27,217 nt of DNA. It comes from Xylographa opegraphella. Its lineage: Eukaryota. The notes below the pieces were generated by a model. That model had not been told where the DNA came from, made no database searches, and saw only the letters and a list, made by a program, of their open reading frames with translations. Below are positions 12,021 to 19,992 of the stretch, piece after piece (position 1 is the stretch's first letter; each line of letters opens with the position of its first letter). The position numbers and the translations under genes are program-made. The stretch spans positions 62,001 through 89,217 of the forward strand of contig JALDZX010000071.1 in NCBI GenBank assembly GCA_022813865.1, given 5' to 3'.

Positions 12021-13367
12021 CCTTTTCGATGAAAGCTGGTTCGAGGTGACGGTGGTATTGATGGCTCCATCTTAAGTAATGCGAGCCTAATAAATACGGT
12101 CGTGGTGGGCTCTAATCGGCAATGAGTCTGTATGTCGAGAGTCATGGTACGATCGAGGGGAAGGTGAGTGCTGTTAGTCATTGACGGGGTCATCAGAAAA
12201 GGTAAGCAGTAGGAAGTTCAGAGTTGACGGTCTTTCTTCTCCTCGTAGCGATAGTATCCATCAACTGCTCTGCGGCTTCCGTGGATCTGTCTTGGATCGA
12301 TTTACTACCGCAAGGCTTTCCAACGCTGAGGCCGAGCTCGAACATAAGATTTGGAATACCTGTTCCGGCTTGTGGATTGGAAACATTCGGTTTCAATAGG
12401 GATGGCTGCCGTACGGATGTGTTGTGTACTTGCGGTGCTTCCCTCGCTCCTAAAAGGAGTGATATTTTATGCTTCTCATTCTGTTATCCTGGCATTTGTG
12501 GCATGATATGCGCCGATATCATTCCCCGTCTCCTGAGTTGCCCTCGGCCTTACTGGGCTCACTATCTTTGCTGTCATTGATACCTGTAGTAGAGGCTTCG
12601 GCGTACCCGACACACTTCGTCCCCAAAATTCATGTTTTGTGCGGGATCTGATGCCGAGTTGTTGCGAGCTTCTCAAAATACCACTCTTTTTCACTGCAGA
12701 GAAAGCTTGTGTATAACCATGGTGCCCGCGGCCGGAAGGTGTTCAAAATTGGTGGCATCAGAGACGGTGCGTAGATGGTAAGGATGTTGACTTGTCACTA
12801 TAGCGAATTGAAGAAGAATTGAATTCGAATCACTTCGATGAATATAATATTTGATATGAATGAATAGTCGTGGACCTAAGAATGCTCCGAAAACTAAAGA
12901 ATCAAGGTTGTCTTGGTACACACAACAGTCAATTCACGCAACGCAACATTCACGAGATCTGGCGGCTTATATACTTGAGTTGGAGGATTCAAGATAGCCA
13001 GACACCAAGGCTAACACTACGATGAATAGTACTCCAACAGAGACAAAGGACAAAGTTAACGCCAAAATGAAGTGGTGGAAGTGAAGTTAAGTGGCGCAGA
13101 AAAAATGACTGCTGGAAAAGTATCCTCCTGGTGGACCGAAAGATAATTGCTGTTGATAACGGAAATAGAATATATTCACGTGTATACGGTGAAGATTGAG
13201 CGAATACTCACCTGACGATACTCTTAAATATGTATTTTGCACCCAAGCTCTTGCTTCCACTATCATTGATCTTAGCCAGAAATCGAACCACCACCAAACT
13301 CATCCTCGATTTTTCCCGGATCCGAACAACTCAATTCTTTTAGCAACAGGTGTATGCCTTTCTAGCA

Positions 13368-14162
13368 ATGCTCCATAGATCACACCGCCGAGTATTCCGA
13401 TACCAGAGCGACTGTGCCACCAAAAATTCACGTTCCACAAACAGTTCATGTACAAGGTTTCGGAATCCTCGTCATAGTACTGACGAATTTGCAGTGATGC
13501 AACCTGAGAACTCAGAGAGCCTTTTCGACAGCCAAAGAAGATATGACAGCTATAGTCAAGCTCATCACGCAGTTGTTGAGAAAGTCGTGGACGAGAGTGA
13601 ATGTGCAGCGGATGACTCCAGCGATGAATTTTACGACTGTGAAATCAACATTGAAGACCAATGGAGTGATAGTAGTGATGAAGCCGCGTATACCGAAGCA
13701 AAATCAAATACACAATACCAAGGGCCGCTTAGACCAAGCTTGGGCTGCAAACCTCACAAACAACAAGTCAAAGAACGAGCAAATGCCGTGAAGCCTCCAG
13801 TAAATTACTACGAAAGACTTGGTATCCAGCGAGACGCTACAGAAGATGAGTATATCACTAAGTAGACCGTTCGTCGACCGGCTAGCCCTGTATGCTGATT
13901 ATCACCAACAGAATCAAGAGAGCCGCCAAGAAGATGAGGCTCCACGTCCATCCACACAGATTGATCACAGAACATACATCAGAAGAGGAGGCCAAACAGG
14001 TCAACGAGAGGGCAGCCGAGGTCGGGGAGGCTGCCGTATCTCTGCTCAATCCTTATACAATAAGTTCTGTCAGTGCCTTTTCCGATGCTGCAGCTAACGC
14101 TATGGCAGCGACGAAAACATGACGAAGAATTGCAGCAGAGGGAGTGCGATAATTCGCGTTGA
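13368..14162 (+). CDS. J-domain-like (DnaJ-like) protein with HPH in place of HPD; possibly a decaying gene; start uncertain
   Basis: NYYERLGIQRDATEDE, intron 13850-13911, IKRAAKKMRLHVHPHRL...AAEVGEAAVSLLNPYT, then an intron ending at 14108 (GCTAAC branch, CAG acceptor) and RRKHDEELQQ to TGA at 14160-14162. This follows J-domain helices I-IV, preceded by an acidic N-terminal region. Confidence 0.7.
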
Positions 14163-14333
14163 TCTTAGCAATATATGCTTCTTCTCAGAGTGAAATCCCA
14201 GAACAATCTAGGTGGTCGTATGCTCTGCATTTGTGGTTTAAGTTGTTTCTCAAGATGTTCTGCATGTTCCGATAGATAACTTTAGGGGTGGAACACACAA
14301 CCATGGCCTGAGCTGCAATAGCTCGCGAGGAAT

Positions 14334-15611
14334 TTATCCAAGCTCACTCGATGTCGTGGCAGCTTGCTGTTCTCGTTCCAGCTTCACCTTTGCGTCGTGA
14401 TCTCTTTTGACCGCACCAATCTGTGCAGTAAGAGGATTAACAAGAGCTTGCATTGCAGCACGTATACCTGCTTCTCCTGTGCTCAGCCCTTTGCCCGAGG
14501 CAAGATGACGGTCCTCCCATCCCCAGCCACTGACATAGGCTCCTACTGTGTACCATATCTTGCCTTCCTTCTTGACTGCCTGCTCCTCTTCAACCCTATA
14601 CTCAACCTTTACGCCCTTACCCATAATTTTCTTCGATAGATCTTGCTTGGCAAACTTGTTTTGTGGTACTTCGCATTCCTCGTTTCCTGGCAGTCTTGGA
14701 GTCCACAGATGCGCAAGCCAGGCTTCTGCTGTGGCGAAGCCATTCTTTTGATCGCATAGAATGACCGCGGCCACGTAAGCTTCAAACACATCTCCAAAAG
14801 TTTTGACTAAAAGCTTTCTCGGCGCTCCTCGACCCTCCATATAGGATACAGGAAGGTCAATGCGATCATCGAACTTGTAAGCCAGAGCAAACGAGCCAAG
14901 AGTCTCATTCCGAACCAAAGATTCTCTAATTTGAGACAGCCTGCCTGGCGGCAAATCAGGATACTTGTGATACACCAAGCGAGACGCTATAAGCTCGACA
15001 TAGGCGTCACCAAGAAACTCAAGACGCTCGTAGCTCACTTTACCATCAGAGCGGCCTTCCTTGTCAGCCGAAGAACGATGCGTGAATACCATACTCGCTA
15101 GCGATGGATCACCGATAGAAGGAAGTTCTGGGAGAGCAGTGGTTACATTTTCCGAATGCGGTACGTCGGTAGGAACCTCGGGCAATCCTGAGGAGGTCTG
15201 CTTTCTGACAGAAGATGACACAGTGGACGGGACAATGGACTGCTTCGAACGCAAGACTTGTCCTATACTCAATACAGTTTTGGTGATATCCTGCCCGGCG
15301 AGGGCAGTAAGCTCCGCTGCAAGCTGAGGGCTATCAAAGATCTCCGAACACAGTTGAGCCGTTTGAGTAAACCGTGTTGCGAGGGATGAAGGACTCGGTA
15401 GGGCACCCGATTGTGGACCGTGGTGTGCATTTTCAGGACTAGGATCACTCACTTCCTCGGTGTGGCCGTGATAGTTCTTATTTAGTCAGCTATGAAACTG
15501 CTGCTAACATGGAGATGCTTCGCAAGGTAGACTTGCCGTAGTTGTCGATTTTCTCTTTTTCGCCGAACTCTCGAATACTTGGTGCAGATCTAAAGGATGT
15601 TTTTTGCCCAT
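14334..15611 (-). CDS. Ribonuclease III (Rnt1/Pac1-like), about 405 aa, 2 exons (15537-15611, 14334-15476)
   Basis: RNase III signature ERLEFLGDAYVEL, second acidic motif GDVFEAYVAA and a C-terminal dsRBD-like region (AKQDL...GKGLSTGEAGIRAAMQAL). Exon 1 MGKKHPL...AKKRKSTTT is inferred from a 60-nt intron with a GCAAGT donor. Confidence 0.92.
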
Positions 15612-16256
15612 AGCTCTAATAGGTAGTTTTCCTTTGATATTCAAATGAAGCAAAGGTGGTAGATCACAGGATTGGCAGCATAAAACTCATGCCGAGGTCC
15701 TCAAATCTGATTGGCCCGCCTTAGGGCCTAGGATACAGCTTGCCCGAGAGGTTGCCACACTAAGGCTCTACATGGTATAAGGCACTCTCTCAACGACAGT
15801 GATCTTGCCTTCGGCCTGAGCTAGCTTAAATTCTACCATTGGCAAGTACCATCATCGACGACAGCGATTTGTTTACATTACAAGATTCTAGCACCTGTCC
15901 GCTTATATAGTATCGTACCGACATACATAATCGCACCTGGCATGTCGAAAAAGTGGTTGCAGAGTATTAAGCATGTTCGTCAAAATCAATTCCCGGTGCC
16001 CATGAAGGAATCTGTTCTACCGGAGCTTGCATGGCTGTTATGTTTATATGGATTTACTGATGATGGTATAAGCTCTCGACTGCCATTCGGACGTGGCTAT
16101 GAGGGAGCAACATATGCCGAACTTCCACAAGCACAAAGCACTCGGCGATGATTTCTTGTCCGCAAACTCTCAGCTCTTATTCCTGTGCTGATTTACTGAA
16201 TGTACTGTACACAATACTAAATACCTCACTTTGTTTTCTGTAAGCTCGCTCTGACT

Positions 16257-16658
16257 CTACCCATCCCACTCCGACCCTCCACCCCCTTCCCCTCGACTCT
16301 CGCTTCCTTCACCCTCGTCCAGCAGTCCAAGCCCGCGCGCGCGCTCCACCACCTCTTCCGATACATTCGTGTCTACTACGATCCACTCAGCCGCATTCAA
16401 TACGGCCGTATTTTCCGGATTCATCTTAGGTATGCCATCCTCGATATGATGGCATAGAACAGCGGCAGCTTGGCTTTCTGCCTCCAGCCTCTTCTGCTCG
16501 GCAAGCTCTGTGGCGACCTTTTTCCCGTCCAGGCCATGGAATTCCTTGAAGATGGCGAATATGGGACAGGAGCCAACGGACTCGCAACGGACGAAATAGG
16601 GATCCAGAAGCTCATCGCAGTTGTCGCAGTGCTTTTCTCCGATAATGAGTAAACACAT
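16257..16658 (-). CDS. Small hypothetical protein with a Cys/His-rich N-terminus (paralog A), 133 aa
   Basis: ATG in a CATCATG context. Shares MC...PY-x3-C-x4-SC-x2-F...FHG with the neighbouring ORF at 17053-17451. Confidence 0.62.
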   Translation of the reverse strand: MCLLIIGEKHCDNCDELLDPYFVRCESVGSCPIFAIFKEFHGLDGKKVATELAEQKRLEAESQAAAVLCHHIEDGIPKMNPENTAVLNAAEWIVVDTNVSEEVVERARGLGLLDEGEGSESRGEGGGGSEWDG

Positions 16659-16661
16659 GAT

Positions 16662-16737
16662 GAATTAGATAGTGGATAGTAGATGCGTAAGATAGTATGG
16701 AATTAGATAGTAGATAGCAGATGGGTCAGATGGTATG
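16662..16737. repeat. Diverged 38-bp tandem duplication (2 copies)
   Basis: gaattagatagtggatagtagatgcgtaagatagtatg versus gaattagatagtagatagcagatgggtcagatggtatg, 5 mismatches. Confidence 0.8.
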
Positions 16738-17052
16738 GAGATCAGCTTGAGAAAGTAAATTTGGGGAATTGGTGTGCAGGATGAATATTATTTGATGAAA
16801 TATGGGTAGGATCGTACATTTGTTTGACAGAAAATGTGTACATACAAACAAGAGGCTTGCAATGTGGTCTGTCTTGGAGCAATACAATCCAAGTCATTTT
16901 GAAACAATAACATCTATATCAGAACGATTGCATTGATCGCAGGACAATAGCACATTGAATCTGCTAGGTAATCTGCCCTCTGTACACTTAATTGGGCTGA
17001 TACACTGCCTTATCGGAAAGTAATCAACCACTGCTACAGCCTCGAATATGAT

Positions 17053-17451
17053 TTATGCTTTTTCACCTGCCACCGGTGCCTCTGCCTCCTCCGCTATCGA
17101 CGGTAATCGCTTAGCAGCAGCGGCATTAGCAACAGCGGCATTAGCAACAGCGGCATTAGCAACAGCGGCATTAGCAACAGCGGCATTAGCAACAGCGGCA
17201 TTAGCAACAGCGGCATTAGCAACAGCGGCATTAGCAACAGCGGCATTAGCAACAGCGGTAGCCACTGCCTTCGCCCTGACCGCTGCCTCCGCCGCTTCTG
17301 CTTCCCTACGCCTCCGATTGATCCTGACGATTTGTGCTTCCACAACGTCGAAATTCATCCCATGAAAGGCCAGAAATGTTTGGCAGGACTCGAGGCGGTT
17401 GCAGTGCCGCAGATATGGCACACGTGTAGCGTCTTCGACAATTTTACACAT
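17053..17451 (-). CDS. Small hypothetical protein with a Cys/His-rich N-terminus and (AVANA)9 tract (paralog B), 132 aa
   Basis: ATG at 17451 in a strong CACAATG context. MCKIVEDATRVPYLRHCNRLESCQTFLAFHGMN aligns with paralog A. Confidence 0.62.
   Translation of the reverse strand: MCKIVEDATRVPYLRHCNRLESCQTFLAFHGMNFDVVEAQIVRINRRRREAEAAEAAVRAKAVATAVANAAVANAAVANAAVANAAVANAAVANAAVANAAVANAAVANAAAAKRLPSIAEEAEAPVAGEKA
17118..17258. repeat. Perfect 15-bp minisatellite GCATTAGCAACAGCG, about 9.4 copies
   Basis: Nine identical units at 17123-17257, in frame within paralog B. Confidence 0.97.
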
Positions 17452-18055
17452 TGTGACGGGTGCTAACAAGTGCTGAGCTTGTTCGAGGTCGGGGCTTGTG
17501 ATGCTGGGATCAGGTATTTGTGCTATTGAGTGTGTCTGGTTGTGCGTGTGACGGACAGCTGGAGCAGGTGGTAGGAAACGGTAAGTTTTCTTGGTTTTGG
17601 CGTCTGATCTGAAGACTTAAAGCGGATGAGAATTATATGAATACTTGTCTTTAATGAACAAGAAGGGTCGATAGGCAAGAAAGAGGAGTAAGAACAATGC
17701 ATTGTTGGCATTGTCAAAGAAACGAGACAGCATCAACAATCGAGCAAAGGAGATCAACATGGAAGTTCTTTGGACGACAACGAAACAAAGATAGACACAA
17801 AAGGTTCATCCACATACAAAGAATGAAATGAACAATGACTCGAATCGTGGTCATAAGACCAGTTTCCTTGATCATCGACAACTTCTGTCCACCCACCATC
17901 TTCAGAGACACTTAGCATCTACAAGAGATTTCTTCAACCATCTTCAAGCAGTTGCATCTTCTCCACATACTTCCAACACCAGCACACACCGACTCTGAGA
18001 GTAAGTCAATTTTAAGACCCCTTGCTAACATATCATCCCCTCGTTCATCGCGCAG

Positions 18056-18731
18056 CGGTCGCCACGACTCGCATCGGGCAGACCCCGAGTATCGCGCTCC
18101 CACAGCTCACATGTATCCACGCGACTCGTACAGCTCGCCTGGAGGAGAACGATCCTCCACCGAGCGCTCACCGGAGCATCGCGCTCCCACCGCCCACATG
18201 TATCCACGCTACCCGTATAGCTCGGAACGATCCTCCATCGAGCGCTCAACAGAGTATCGCGCTCCCGTGACCAAGATGGAAGAGCCACTCTACTACGCTC
18301 CCACCGCCCATATGTACCCGTACGACAAACATGGCGACAGACACGCCTCAAACGAGCGCTCTGAACACTATCGCGCGCCCACCGCTAACATGGTGGAGAG
18401 CCCGTACCGTGCTCCCACCGCTCGTATGTACCCGCATGAGCAGTCCAACCACAGACAAAGCACGTATCGTGGCCGCGAACACGCCGTAGCACCGACCGCG
18501 CCCATGTATTCAAGTGCGGATAGGCAAGCCGCGGGTCACTATCGTTCATCCGAGCGGGAACGTGACGGATACAGCAGTCGCGAAAGACTCAGCGCGGGAG
18601 TGACGGGACGTCGCGCGATGTATAGAGAACCATCCGAGGGCAGCCACTCGTATGAGCGCAGTGGGGACCGATACGGAGACCGTTATCGAAGTGGTTCAGC
18701 GGAACCCTATAGCACTTACCGCGGCCATTAA
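18056..18731 (+). CDS. Disordered Arg/Ser/Tyr/His-rich protein with seven YRAPTAHMYP-type repeats; start unresolved (first in-frame ATG at 18111 gives 206 aa)
   Basis: Long open frame in which repeat copies differ largely at third codon positions (ACA/ACC, GCT/GCC, CAC/CAT). Preceded by an intron-like segment 18001-18055 (GTAAGT...GCTAAC...CAG). Confidence 0.7.
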
Positions 18732-18891
18732 TATGGTGCAGCACCAGGAGACAATTTGATTTGATGTAATGTGTTAGCGGTTAGCACAATAATATAGTTT
18801 TTTTTGGTACTGTTGTGATTCTTGAATATATTCCTGCTTGCAAAACTGTCCCAAAATCTATGCAATCGTGACCACTCGCAATTCTAACACC

Positions 18892-19007
18892 GTCAGAATA
18901 GGATATACCTGACGCTAAACAAAGTACCCGGTCAGATTGGGATATACCTGACGCTAAACAAAGTACCTGGTCAGATTGGGATATACCTGACGCTAAACAA
19001 AGTACCC
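18892..19007. repeat. 39-bp tandem repeat, 3 copies, intergenic
   Basis: Units start at 18892, 18931 and 18970; consensus GTCAGATTGGGATATACCTGACGCTAAACAAAGTACCYG. Confidence 0.95.
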
Positions 19008-19660
19008 ACCGTGTGGAGTCCTGCCAGCGGGTCCCCAAAAACCCCATATCAAATGCTATACAACGAGCCCTCTGTTGCAGCCTTCAGATAATCCCTTGAG
19101 AGAGTTTATTTAGGTGTTCGGTCCGGGTTTGGACCGACGGGTGCGCACTGTGTGAGATACAGGCGCGCCTCTCGCTCTGTGCTTTGATCTAGAAAATTGT
19201 AGAGTTGTGGCTGGCGTTAGAGCATGATAAGGGAGCTCGCGGGGTCTGTTGTCACACGTTAATCTATGAGAGCGAGTCGATGACCACTTCGTCCGCTAGG
19301 ACGGAGGGGTTATCTCCGGAAGCTCACACCGTGCGGAGTGCAGCGCGCGTCGAATAGCAGACTACTGCACAATAACATGAGAAATGTGGTTGTGGGTTAG
19401 TTGGGGACTTTGGCTCCCGTCTGACACAGCTAAGAGGAGAGCTCAAGCTTGTGTCAAGAGGGGAGATACTAATTGTAGGTGATATGTAACGTCTAGTGGT
19501 GAGATTGACCTAGGGCAATCACGGAACGCCTTTGTAATACAATTCTAGTAATCCCTTGCGGTTCTCGCCCATCTGAATGGCCATAGAAGACTCGAAGTTA
19601 AGGTAGAAAATAGGCAGGGATTGAATTGATAAGCGAAACGATGGAGAATAAGAATTCCTG

Positions 19661-19724
19661 AAAGTATATGAGTACGTCATCAAATCTAACCAGTATATAC
19701 GTATCGAGAAAGGAGGAAGACAGT
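19661..19724 (-). mobile_element. Possible relic of the Ty3/gypsy reverse transcriptase catalytic segment
   Basis: Reads TVF-(frameshift)-SFLDTYILVRFDDVLIYF, resembling the gypsy RT consensus VFxPFLDxFVxVY(L/F)DDILIYS with the motif Tyr lost. The match is short and no other RT motifs were recognised. Confidence 0.45.
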
Positions 19725-19992
19725 TGTACAAATGGTGTTCGCCAACAATGTAATGCTTTTACAGCCTTTCTAGCTAGTAATCGGAGCATCAACTTTTGTG
19801 TCTTCAAGGACACTGCCCTTCATAACCAGGTAGAAGCAGGGGCTCTGATCTTGGTGGTTGGTGCTTGGCCAACTCCTGGTAATGCCCGTCCGATATCCTA
19901 TTAGAACTTGAAGCCAGTGATCATTCTCGTTCACCGTCAGTGGTTTTCATTCCCAAATTAGAGGATTGGATGAAGAAGAGATTTTCTGCTGC

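Noticed and set aside
12193..12921. Several short ORFs that might be a decayed gene
   Set aside because: No consistent frame, splice model or recognisable motif.
17048..17365. Plus-strand (ALATA)n ORF as an antifreeze-like protein, and the alternative (LLLMP)n frame
   Set aside because: Both are shadows of the stop-free minisatellite. Only the minus-strand MC... frame has a paralog and a strong start context.
18892..19007. CRISPR-like array
   Set aside because: The units are contiguous near-identical tandem copies with no unique spacers, in a eukaryotic context with no cas genes.
18781..19047. 88-aa ORF with VLCLASGISQSD repeats
   Set aside because: It is simply the translation of the 39-bp repeat from a non-ATG start; there is no other coding evidence.
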